Assembly (NCBI GenBank): GCA_038747545.1
Contig: JBCDJT010000002.1
Span: 25,041-89,040, forward strand
DNA length: 64,000 nucleotides
From: Bacteroidota bacterium
GTDB taxonomy: Bacteria > Bacteroidota > Rhodothermia > Rhodothermales > JBCCMF01
Direction of reading: 5' to 3'
Made by a program: the position numbers and the translations under genes. Below, one piece after another: positions 9,975-18,614 of the stretch. Numbering within the stretch: position 1 is the first letter of the stretch; the number at the start of each line of letters is the position of its first letter. Under the pieces are notes generated by a model, which worked only from the letters and a program-made list of their open reading frames with translations, had not been told where the DNA came from and made no database searches.

Positions 9975-11246
9975 ATGCCGCGAGCCGTATACCTCTGTTT
10001 TTTGCTCGCTGTGCTGATGCTGCCAGCCCCAATGGCCTGGGCACAGGATCCCGCTCCCGATGCACTCGCCGCCACCGACCGCCTCCGCGTCTACCTCGAC
10101 TGTGACGGCTGCGACGAGACCCACATCCGCGCCGAGATCACGCTCGTCAACTACGTCCGCGATCCCGAGCAGGCCGATGTCCACCTCTTCATCACCAACC
10201 AGCGGACGGGCAGCGGCGGGCGGCAGTACGAGCTGTCGTTCCTGGGCCGCGAAGCGTTCGACTCGATTGAGTACACCTTCACGCACACCGTCGACCCCGT
10301 CACCACCACCGACGAGCGGCGCGAGGCCATCAATGACGCCATCCGCGCCGGGCTGACGCCCTACGTCCTGCAGCGCGAACCGCTCTCTGCGGTCGACGTC
10401 ACCTATGCGCAAGCTGATGTGGCGGATGTCGCCGCTGCGATGGAAAACGATCCGTGGAAGCACTGGGTCTTCCGCGCCTACATCGGCGATATCGAGCTGG
10501 AGCTGGAGTCCAACCGCACCGTGTTCGACTCGCGCTGGGGGATCTTCGCCGACCACGTCACCGACGACTGGAAGCTGCGCTTCCGGCCGTACTTCAACTA
10601 CGACTTCGTCCGCATCTCGCGCGATGACGACGACGATGTGACCAGCAGCATCTCGCGGCACGGCGTGGAGACCTACGCCATCAAGAGCCTCGACCAGCAT
10701 TGGTCAGTGGGCCTCTTCGCCGAATACCTCACCCGCAACGACCGCAACCTGAAGCACGAGGTGGAGCTGCTTCCCGGCATCGAGTACAGCATCTTGCCCT
10801 ACGACGAGGCCACCCGCCGCGCCATCACCATCGTCTATCAGGTGGGCGCCACCTACGTGGATTACTTCGAGCAGACCATCTTTGATAAGCTGCAAGAGAC
10901 GTTGTTCAGGCAGCGGCTGCGGGCGTCCGTCGCCATCCGCCAGCCGTGGGGCAACATCTTCAGCGGCCTGGAAGGCTCCCACTTCTTCAACGACTTCACC
11001 AAGCGCCGCGCCGAGTTCTTTGGCTCCGTCTCGGTGCGGCTCATCGAGGGGCTATCCGTCGAGATAGGCGGGCAGTTCGAGATGATCCAGGACCAGCTCA
11101 ACCTGCCCAAGGGCGACGCCACGCTGGAGGACATCTTGCTGCAGCAGCGCGAGCTGGCGACCGACTTTGTGCTCTCGGGGTCCATTGGCCTCTCCTACAC
11201 CTTCGGGTCCGACTTTGCCAACGTGGTCAACACACGCTTTGATTGA
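9975..11246 (+). CDS. Hypothetical secreted protein, probably an outer-membrane beta-barrel
   Basis: Signal peptide MPRAVYLCFLLAVLMLPAPMAWAQ, then alternating beta-strand-like segments. C-terminus ...GLSYTFGSDFANVVNTRFD. No family recognised. Confidence 0.55.
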   Translation: MPRAVYLCFLLAVLMLPAPMAWAQDPAPDALAATDRLRVYLDCDGCDETHIRAEITLVNYVRDPEQADVHLFITNQRTGSGGRQYELSFLGREAFDSIEYTFTHTVDPVTTTDERREAINDAIRAGLTPYVLQREPLSAVDVTYAQADVADVAAAMENDPWKHWVFRAYIGDIELELESNRTVFDSRWGIFADHVTDDWKLRFRPYFNYDFVRISRDDDDDVTSSISRHGVETYAIKSLDQHWSVGLFAEYLTRNDRNLKHEVELLPGIEYSILPYDEATRRAITIVYQVGATYVDYFEQTIFDKLQETLFRQRLRASVAIRQPWGNIFSGLEGSHFFNDFTKRRAEFFGSVSVRLIEGLSVEIGGQFEMIQDQLNLPKGDATLEDILLQQRELATDFVLSGSIGLSYTFGSDFANVVNTRFD

Positions 11247-11340
11247 TTGCACGTGTGTGTACCGATGTGTAGCACATCTTGCATCCCAGGGCCACCGGAT
11301 TGTATACTGCCGGGCAAGCACTCACCCCCTCTCATCCCTC

Positions 11341-11715
11341 ATGTCCCACGCTCCGCTCGTCCGCCACGATGCGCTGGTGCCCTCCGTCCATCCGTGGGGC
11401 GAGGTCGTTTTCTTCGCAAGCGCCGAGGTCGGTCCGGTACCCAGCGAGATGTCGCTGGGGCGCTGCACCCTCTATCCGGGGCAGGCTCTGCCCAAGCACT
11501 ACCACTCGGCCTGCACCGAGGTGGTCCATGTGCTCCAAGGCACCATCAGCCACCACGTGGGCGATGGGGAACTAGCCACACTGCAAGCGGGCGACACGGT
11601 GATCGTGCCGCCCCAATTTCCACATCAAGCGCGCAACCTGGGCGAAGAAAATGCGGTGCTGTTGATCTCTTTTTCGGCTGCACATCGTGACTTTATAGTA
11701 GTCGACGATTCATAG
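11341..11715 (+). CDS. Cupin-domain protein
   Basis: Two-motif cupin: G(QALPK)HYHSACTEVVHVLQG ... GDTVIVPPQFPHQARN. The track ORF (11167) is trimmed to ATG 11341 (MSHAPLVRHD...). Confidence 0.7.
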   Translation: MSHAPLVRHDALVPSVHPWGEVVFFASAEVGPVPSEMSLGRCTLYPGQALPKHYHSACTEVVHVLQGTISHHVGDGELATLQAGDTVIVPPQFPHQARNLGEENAVLLISFSAAHRDFIVVDDS

Positions 11716-11835
11716 GCCATCACTACGTTGAGCCGCTTATTGGGTGAAAGCTGGTTCGACGAGGCACAGAGGGGCCATCGGGATTTGGGTGAAGCCCCCG
11801 ATGCGTTCCTCTGTGCCGCCTTCTTTGCTGTGCCC

Positions 11836-13113
11836 ATGTTGCTTGGCTGCATCGCCGATGATTTCACCGGAGCCACCGACCTGGCCAGCACGCTCGTAGC
11901 CGGAGGCATGCGCACCGCCGTATGGCGCGGCATCCCTGACGAGGCCGCTGCAATCCCCGCCGTCGATGCGTTAGTCATCGCGCTGAAGAGCCGCACCATC
12001 CCCGTCGCCGAGGCCGTCGCCGCCAGCGTAGCGGCTTCCGCATGGCTGGCCCAGGCGGGCGCCCGGCAGCAGTATTTCAAGTACTGCTCCACGTTCGACT
12101 CTACCGATGACGGCAACATCGGCCCGGTGCTCGATGCGCTTTTGGATGCTCTGGGCGCCTCGTTCACGCTAGCCTGCCCCGCCTTCCCCGCCAACGGGCG
12201 CTCGGTCTACCACGGCTACCTGTTCGTGGGCGATGTGCTGCTCTCGGAGTCCAGCATGCGGCACCACCCGCTCACCCCCATGACCGACAGCGCGCTGCTG
12301 CGCGTCCTGGGCAGGCAGCTGCCAGGGCATATGGTGGGCCTGATCCCGCACCGCACCGTGCGCGAGGGCGCGAGCGCTATCGAAACCGCATGGCGCCAGC
12401 TGGCCGCCAGCGGGCACCGCGCCGCCATCGTAGACGCCATCACCGACGACGACCTGCACGCCATCGGGGCGGCCAGCACGGCATTACCGCTCTTGACGGG
12501 AGGCTCCGGCTTGGCGCTGGGACTGCCTGACGCCTTCCGACGGGCGGGGCTGCTAGACGACCACGACGATGCCGAGGCCTCCATGCAGCACATCGGCGGG
12601 GCAACCGCAGTCATCGCTGGGAGCTGCTCGGCGGCGACTCGGAAGCAATTGGAACGAGCCGAGGCGCACGGCTGGCCCATCTGGATCGTGGAAGCAGACG
12701 CGGCCATGCAGCACCCCGACGCCTTGCTCGCCGACATCCTGGGGTGGGCCGAGCCGCAATTAGGCAGCACGCCCGTCGTCATCGCCGCCAGCGCAGACCC
12801 GGCGGTGGTGGAGGCGGCACAAGCGCAGTACGGACGCGCCGCCATCGGCGAGCGCATTGAGGCGGTGCTGGCTGGCGCGGCGCAGGGGCTGGTGCAGCGC
12901 GGCATGCGGCGCCTGGTCGTGGCTGGGGGCGAGACCTCGGGCGCGGTGGTACAGGCCCTCGGCGTGCAAGGACTCCGCATCGGCCCCGCCATCGCGCCGG
13001 GCGTCCCGTGGGTGCGTCCCGTCGATTCGCCCGAGCCGTTGGCATTAGCGCTCAAGTCCGGTAACTTCGGCGGCGAAGACTTCTTTGCCGAAGCCTTTGC
13101 CCTCACCTCCTAA
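11836..13113 (+). CDS. otnK: Four-carbon acid-sugar kinase (DUF1537 family; 3-oxo-tetronate kinase OtnK-like)
   Basis: MLLGCIADDFTGATDLASTLV is the DUF1537 N-terminal signature. C-terminal ...VVAGGETSGAVVQALGV...ALKSGNFGGEDFF is the nucleotide-binding half. Start trimmed from 11728 to ATG 11836. Confidence 0.8.
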   Translation: MLLGCIADDFTGATDLASTLVAGGMRTAVWRGIPDEAAAIPAVDALVIALKSRTIPVAEAVAASVAASAWLAQAGARQQYFKYCSTFDSTDDGNIGPVLDALLDALGASFTLACPAFPANGRSVYHGYLFVGDVLLSESSMRHHPLTPMTDSALLRVLGRQLPGHMVGLIPHRTVREGASAIETAWRQLAASGHRAAIVDAITDDDLHAIGAASTALPLLTGGSGLALGLPDAFRRAGLLDDHDDAEASMQHIGGATAVIAGSCSAATRKQLERAEAHGWPIWIVEADAAMQHPDALLADILGWAEPQLGSTPVVIAASADPAVVEAAQAQYGRAAIGERIEAVLAGAAQGLVQRGMRRLVVAGGETSGAVVQALGVQGLRIGPAIAPGVPWVRPVDSPEPLALALKSGNFGGEDFFAEAFALTS

Positions 13114-13132
13114 GCCGACCTCCTCATCGGAC

Positions 13133-13768
13133 ATGACGACAGAAACGAAGCTGCGCGACGCGCTGGCGATGCACGGGCAGGCGCTCTACCAGCGCGGCCT
13201 CGCCCATGGGTCGGCGGGCAACATGAGCGTCCGCCTTGACGACGGCATCCTCATCACGCCCACCAACACGTGCATGGGACGCCTCGACCCGGCGCGCATC
13301 GCCAAAGTGGGCTTCGACGGCCGCCACCTCTCCGGCGATAAGCCCTCAAAGGAAGGCTTCCTGCACCTCGCCATGTACGAGGAGCGCCCGCAGGACACCG
13401 CCATCGTCCACCTGCACTCGACGCACTCCGTCGCCTGTGCGTGCATGGACGGTGTAGACGAAGCCAACGTGCTGCCGCCGCTGACGGCCTACTACGTGAT
13501 GAAGGTGGGCACGCTGCCGCTCGTGCCGTACTTTCGCCCCGGCGACCGAGCGCTGGCCAACGCTGTGCGGCACTACGCCAAGCAGCACCACGCCATGCTG
13601 CTGGCGCACCACGGCCCCGTCGTCTCGGGTAAGGCGCTCGACGCTACGGTGTACGCGATGGAAGAGCTGGAAGAGACGGCCAAGCTGTACCTGCTGCTCC
13701 AGTCCCAGGCGTACCGCACGCTCACGCCCGAACAGATCGCCGACTTAAACGTGGCCTTCCCGTCGTGA
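13133..13768 (+). CDS. otnC: Class II aldolase/adducin-family protein (3-oxo-tetronate 4-phosphate decarboxylase OtnC-like)
   Basis: GSAGNMSVRLDDGILITPTNTCMGRL ... HLHSTHSVA ... LLAHHGPVVSG are class II aldolase motifs. It directly follows the DUF1537 kinase, as in described tetronate pathways. Start trimmed to ATG 13133. Confidence 0.8.
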   Translation: MTTETKLRDALAMHGQALYQRGLAHGSAGNMSVRLDDGILITPTNTCMGRLDPARIAKVGFDGRHLSGDKPSKEGFLHLAMYEERPQDTAIVHLHSTHSVACACMDGVDEANVLPPLTAYYVMKVGTLPLVPYFRPGDRALANAVRHYAKQHHAMLLAHHGPVVSGKALDATVYAMEELEETAKLYLLLQSQAYRTLTPEQIADLNVAFPS

Positions 13769-13772
13769 CGCG

Positions 13773-16142
13773 TCAGCTGGTGCGCAGGCTCTCCACCGGG
13801 TTGGCGCGGATCGCCTTGAACAGGTGCAGGCTCACGGTGAGCAGCGCGATGCCAAGGGCGAGTCCCAGCGCGATCAAGAAGACGCCCGCGCCCAGCTCCG
13901 TGCGGTACGCGAAGTCGGAGAGCCAGCGCTGCATGGCGGCATACGCCAGCGGTCCCGCGATCACAAAGGCAATCAACACGAGCACCACGAAGTCGCGCGA
14001 GAGCAGGCCCAGGAGGTCAGCTGCGGTAGCGCCCAGCACCTTGCGGATGCCGATCTCCTTGGTGCGCTGCTGCACGATGTAGGCCGTCAGCCCGAAGAGG
14101 CCGAGGCAGGCGATACACACGGCGAGCATAGCAAAGACGATGAACAGCTGCCCCAGGCGCTGCTCGGCGCGGTACATCGCGGCGAAGTCGTCGCTGAGGA
14201 AGGAGTAGTCGAACGGCATATCCGGTACAAACTGCTGCCAGGTCGCTTCGAGGTGGGCCAGCATGCCCGGCACATCGGACGGGTTGAAGCGGACGGCGTA
14301 GAAGCGGCGTGCCTCGGCGCCAGCCTGCATCATCAGCGGCTCGATGTCGGTCCGCATGTCTTCCATGTGGAAGTCGCGCACCACGCCGATGACCGTAAGC
14401 GTCTGCTCGCCACTTTGTATGGTCTTGCCAAGCGGGTCCTCCCAGCTCAGAGCTCGCACAGCCGTCTCGTTGATCACGATGCCGTCGGCCAAGTCGGCGG
14501 GTCGGCCGGCATCAAAGAATCGACCCTCCGCCATTTCCAACTGGAGCGCTTCGCGCAGTTCTGGGCTCGTCCTGATGGCTTGAAGGATAACCGTGTCTCC
14601 GTCATAATTTTCGATGTCCCTACCGCGAAACCACCGTATCGCCGTGGGTTCACTCGGCACGCCCGAAGCCCGCGCTACCGTCATCACGCTTGGATGCTGC
14701 GCGAGTGCCTGCTGGAAGGATTCGGCGCTGGCCTCGGGCAAGGCTGCGCGCGTGTGGACCACGGCGACCTGATCCTGATCGAACCCGAGCCGGCCGTGTT
14801 GTACAAAGTGGAGCTGGTCTTGAATGACCAGGGTACACACGATGAGCACGACCGAGACGGCGAACTGGAACACGATGAGCCCCTTGCGCAAGGCGGGCAG
14901 CGACCGCATCCGCACGTCGCCCTTGAGCACCGTGGCCGGGCGGAAGTGGGAGAGCACAAAGGCCGGGTACGCGCCCGCCAGCACACCGACGATGGTGCCC
15001 GTCGCCAGGACACCCATCCACAGCAGCGGATGCGCAAGCGGTAGCGTCAGGCCGCGCTCCATGAGCACGTTGAACGCGGGGAGCACCAGTTGCACGATGC
15101 CGACGGCCAGTACGACGGCGCCCAGCGCCATCAGCACCGACTCGCCCAAGAACTGCGCAATGAGCTGCTTCCGCGCCGCGCCCACCGACTTCCGCACGCC
15201 CACCTCCTTGGCGCGCTGCGCCGCACGCGCGGTGGCGAGGTTGGTGTAGTTGATGCACGCGATCAGCAGGATGAGGAGCGCGATGGCCGAGAAGAGGTAG
15301 ATGTAGCGGATGTCGCCCTGGGGAGCAATGTCGTTGGTGGCCTCGCTGTGGAGGTGGATTCGGGTTAGCGGGATAACCGACAGCTTCATGCCCTCCGCGT
15401 AATTGGCATCCAAGATGGGCTGTAGGGCCTCTTGCTGATCCGTAATGACGTCAGGACGGACGCTGTCTCGCAGGAGCACATACGTGAACGCCCCGGTGTT
15501 CCACTTCCGGTTCTCAGCTGGTTTGTCGGTAGCGATGGAGAGCAGGAGGTCGCCTCGGAAATGCACATTCTGCGGCATGTCCTCGATAAGCCCGACAACC
15601 TCATACGTGGTCGCGTCAGCACTCCACTTCTCGTGCCGCACAAGCGTCTGGCCCAGAGCGGGTTCATCGGGGAAGTACCGGGCTGCTGCGGACCGGGAGA
15701 GCAGCGCGGTGTTGGGCTCCGCCAATCGCGCTGCCGAGCCTTCCACCACCTCAAAGTCGAAGACGTCGAAGAAGCTGGGGCCCACGTTCAAGACGTGCTC
15801 CTCGTAGAACTGGATGTCGCTTCCTTCGCTCGACATCAGTGGCTCAGACTCGCGCTGCACCTGCGCGATGGCTTCGATGCCGGGCACGCGCTCCTGCAAC
15901 AAGCTGGCAACTGGCAACGGAGCGCGTGCCCAGTGGCCGTTCTCTTGATCCAAGATTTGCTCCACGCGGTAGATGCGGTCCGCGTTGCTATGCATGGTGT
16001 CAAACGAGCGCTCGTCGGCTACGTAGAGTAGGATGAGCAGCACGCATGCCAGCCCGAGCGCGAGCCCCAGGACGTTGATGGCCGTGTAAATCGGCTGGCG
16101 TTGTAGGTGGCGCAGCGTGTGGCGCAGGTTGGCAACGAGCAT
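13773..16142 (-). CDS. Duplicated FtsX/MacB-type ABC permease (no adjacent ATPase)
   Basis: 789 aa. LRHLQRQPIYTAINVLGLALGLACVLLI, a large periplasmic domain, and two FtsX modules (KEVGVRKSVGAARKQL and KEIGIRKVLGATAADL). Confidence 0.9.
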   Translation of the reverse strand: MLVANLRHTLRHLQRQPIYTAINVLGLALGLACVLLILLYVADERSFDTMHSNADRIYRVEQILDQENGHWARAPLPVASLLQERVPGIEAIAQVQRESEPLMSSEGSDIQFYEEHVLNVGPSFFDVFDFEVVEGSAARLAEPNTALLSRSAAARYFPDEPALGQTLVRHEKWSADATTYEVVGLIEDMPQNVHFRGDLLLSIATDKPAENRKWNTGAFTYVLLRDSVRPDVITDQQEALQPILDANYAEGMKLSVIPLTRIHLHSEATNDIAPQGDIRYIYLFSAIALLILLIACINYTNLATARAAQRAKEVGVRKSVGAARKQLIAQFLGESVLMALGAVVLAVGIVQLVLPAFNVLMERGLTLPLAHPLLWMGVLATGTIVGVLAGAYPAFVLSHFRPATVLKGDVRMRSLPALRKGLIVFQFAVSVVLIVCTLVIQDQLHFVQHGRLGFDQDQVAVVHTRAALPEASAESFQQALAQHPSVMTVARASGVPSEPTAIRWFRGRDIENYDGDTVILQAIRTSPELREALQLEMAEGRFFDAGRPADLADGIVINETAVRALSWEDPLGKTIQSGEQTLTVIGVVRDFHMEDMRTDIEPLMMQAGAEARRFYAVRFNPSDVPGMLAHLEATWQQFVPDMPFDYSFLSDDFAAMYRAEQRLGQLFIVFAMLAVCIACLGLFGLTAYIVQQRTKEIGIRKVLGATAADLLGLLSRDFVVLVLIAFVIAGPLAYAAMQRWLSDFAYRTELGAGVFLIALGLALGIALLTVSLHLFKAIRANPVESLRTS

Positions 16143-16338
16143 GATAAGCGGTGGACTTCCGAGATGACGCTCAGGCCCATGACAAACGCAATGCCGAACC
16201 GCGATACACGGCTGTTACGTTGTTTTGAGGCGCTGGCCTGTCCGCGAGCGAACACCACTGAATCGGCAGCGGACACTGCACCCGTTGAACCTGTGTGGCG
16301 TGTCGGCTAGATTGCCGCTCCATCTGCTCATTGCCGCC

Positions 16339-18504
16339 ATGTCTCGTCTTCTCCTGTTTCTGCTGGTCCTCCTCGTGGGCGCGGCCTGTCAGGCGCCGCC
16401 TGCGGAGCCCATCGCCGACCCCCACCAGCCCGCGCATGCCGTTTGGGATACGTACCTGGGCGATGCGCACTCGACGCAGTACTCGTCGCTCGATCAGATC
16501 ACACCCGCCAATGTGACCGACCTAGAGGTGGCGTGGACCTACCGCACGGGCGATGCCAGTGCTACGTCGCAGATCCAGTGCAACCCACTCATCATCGGCC
16601 GCACGCTCTACGGCACCACGGCTGGGCTCAAGGTCTTCGCTGCCGACGCCACCACGGGCATCCCGCAGTGGACGTTCGACCCGGTGGATTACGGGGCGGA
16701 GATCAACTGGTCGGGCGCGAATCGCGGGCTCGTGTACTGGCGCGATGAGGCGGGCAGTGCTCCTGCCCGCATCATGTACACCGCAGGCGCGTGGCTCTAC
16801 GCCATCGACGCCGCCACAGGCATCTTGCTGGAGGACTTCGGCACGGGCGGGCGTGTGTCGCTCAAGACGGGCCTGGGTACGCCAGAAGAAACCGACGACC
16901 TGTTCATCGTCTCGAACACACCCGGCGTGCTCTACGGCGACCTGCTCATCCTGGGCGGGCGCGTCCACGAAGGGCCCGGGCCGTCGATGCCGGGGCACAT
17001 CCGGGCGTTCAACGTGCGCACAGGCGCGATGGCGTGGATCTTCCACACGATCCCGAAGCCCGGCGAGTTCGGCGCCGACACCTGGCTCGACTACGACAAG
17101 ATCGCCAGCGAGCGCATCGGGGGGGCGAACGCGTGGAGCGGCCTGACGGTAGACCACGAGCGCGGCATGGTCTTCATCCCCACGGGCTCGGCCACGTGGG
17201 ACTTCTACGGCGCCGCCCGCCCCGGCGACAACCTGTTCGCCAACACACTCCTCGCCCTCGACGCCGCCACGGGCGAGCGCATCTGGCACCAGCAAATCGT
17301 GAAGCACGACCTGTGGGACCGCGACCTGCCTGCCTCGCCCAACCTCGTCACCGTTATGCACGATGGCGAGCGCGTCGATGCGGTGGCGCAGGTCACGAAG
17401 GATGGGCACGTGTGGGTCTTTGACCGCGACACGGGCGCGCCGCTGTTTCCCGTGGAGGAGGTGCCGCAGCCGCCCTCTGACCTGGAGGGCGAGTGGACGC
17501 CCGCCACGCAACGTCTCCCCACGCAGCCGCCGCCGTTCGCGCGCCAGGTCTTCCGCGAAGCCGACATCACCGACCGCACGCCCGAGGCCACGGCGTACGT
17601 GCGGGCGCGCTTCGACGGCGTGCGCAGCGATGGGCAGTTCGTGCCGCCCAGCACGCAGGGCACCATGATCTTCCCCGGCTTCGACGGCGGTGGCGAATGG
17701 GGCGGGGCCGCCATCGACCCCGCCACCGGGCTGCTCTACGTCAACTCGAACGAGATGCCGTGGATCTTGACGATGGTGGATCTGACGAAGGCTAACTCGC
17801 GCGGTGAGATGGTGTACCAGCGCAACTGCGCCGCCTGCCATCGGCCCGATCGCAGCGGCATCGAAGGCAGCAACTTTCCCTCGCTATTGGACCTGGAAGA
17901 GCGCCGTGACCAGCCTTACGTGACAGCACTCCTCGAAACCGGGCGCGGCTTCATGCCGTCCTTCGCGCACCTCAGCGTCAGCGACGTGGATGCGCTGCTG
18001 GGGTATCTATACGAGGATACGACGGCCTCGACAACGGGCAGCTACACCCAGCACAGCGGCTCGCCCTATGGCCACACGGGCTACAACCGCTTCTTCGACC
18101 AGGACGGTTATCCCGCCATCAAGCCACCGTGGGGACAGCTCAACGCCATCGACTTGAACAACGGCACGATCCGCTGGCAGGTACCGCTCGGCGAGTTTCC
18201 CGAGCTGACGGCGCAGGGCATCCCCAAGACCGGTACCGAGAACTATGGCGGCCCGGTAGTAACAGCTGGAGGCCTCATTTTCATCGCCGCGTCGAAGGAT
18301 GAGCACATCCGCGCCTTCGACAAGACCACGGGCAAGGAGCTGTGGCAGCACAAGCTGCCCTTTGGCGGCTATGCCACGCCTGCCACGTACAGCGTAGACG
18401 GGACCCAGTATGTGGTCATCGCTGCTGGGGGCGGCAAGATGGGCACCGCGTCAGGTGATGCATACGTGGCGTTCGCGCTGCCTGATACCAACTCTGAGAG
18501 ATGA
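16339..18504 (+). CDS. PQQ-dependent (quinoprotein) dehydrogenase lipoprotein with an internal c-type cytochrome module
   Basis: Lipobox LLVGAAC. Quinoprotein propeller start is YSSLDQITPANVTDLEVAWTYRTGD...CNPLIIGRTLYG. CAACH at 17826-17840 with downstream GFMPSF (Met ligand candidate), and propeller blades resume after it (PPWGQLNAIDLNNGTIRWQVPLG...). Start trimmed from 16225 to ATG 16339. Confidence 0.85.
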   Translation: MSRLLLFLLVLLVGAACQAPPAEPIADPHQPAHAVWDTYLGDAHSTQYSSLDQITPANVTDLEVAWTYRTGDASATSQIQCNPLIIGRTLYGTTAGLKVFAADATTGIPQWTFDPVDYGAEINWSGANRGLVYWRDEAGSAPARIMYTAGAWLYAIDAATGILLEDFGTGGRVSLKTGLGTPEETDDLFIVSNTPGVLYGDLLILGGRVHEGPGPSMPGHIRAFNVRTGAMAWIFHTIPKPGEFGADTWLDYDKIASERIGGANAWSGLTVDHERGMVFIPTGSATWDFYGAARPGDNLFANTLLALDAATGERIWHQQIVKHDLWDRDLPASPNLVTVMHDGERVDAVAQVTKDGHVWVFDRDTGAPLFPVEEVPQPPSDLEGEWTPATQRLPTQPPPFARQVFREADITDRTPEATAYVRARFDGVRSDGQFVPPSTQGTMIFPGFDGGGEWGGAAIDPATGLLYVNSNEMPWILTMVDLTKANSRGEMVYQRNCAACHRPDRSGIEGSNFPSLLDLEERRDQPYVTALLETGRGFMPSFAHLSVSDVDALLGYLYEDTTASTTGSYTQHSGSPYGHTGYNRFFDQDGYPAIKPPWGQLNAIDLNNGTIRWQVPLGEFPELTAQGIPKTGTENYGGPVVTAGGLIFIAASKDEHIRAFDKTTGKELWQHKLPFGGYATPATYSVDGTQYVVIAAGGGKMGTASGDAYVAFALPDTNSER

Positions 18505-18581
18505 TTGTGCGATCCAACTTGTCATCCCTCGGCTCTGCTCGGGATGACAAGATTAGACGGTGTGCTGCACTGTAAATTTCC
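18498..18581. repeat. Hairpin repeat element, family B, short form (inverted relative to the 45.15 kb copy)
   Basis: gagatgattgtgcgatccaactt-[gtcatccc tcggctctgctc gggatgac]-aagattagacggtgtgctgcactgtaaatttc. Both termini match the reverse complement of 45152-45309. It lies between convergent genes. Confidence 0.75.
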
Positions 18582-18614
18582 AGAGCTGGCATGAGCATCT
18601 CCGCTGGGGGGAGG

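Noticed and set aside
13766-13775. Convergent genes sharing stop codons within palindromes (TGACGCGTCA at 13766-13775; CTAG at 60581-60584)
   Set aside because: This is real but most simply a consequence of very compact convergent gene ends, with TGA/TCA and TAG/CTA being self-complementary. I see no evidence of function beyond that.
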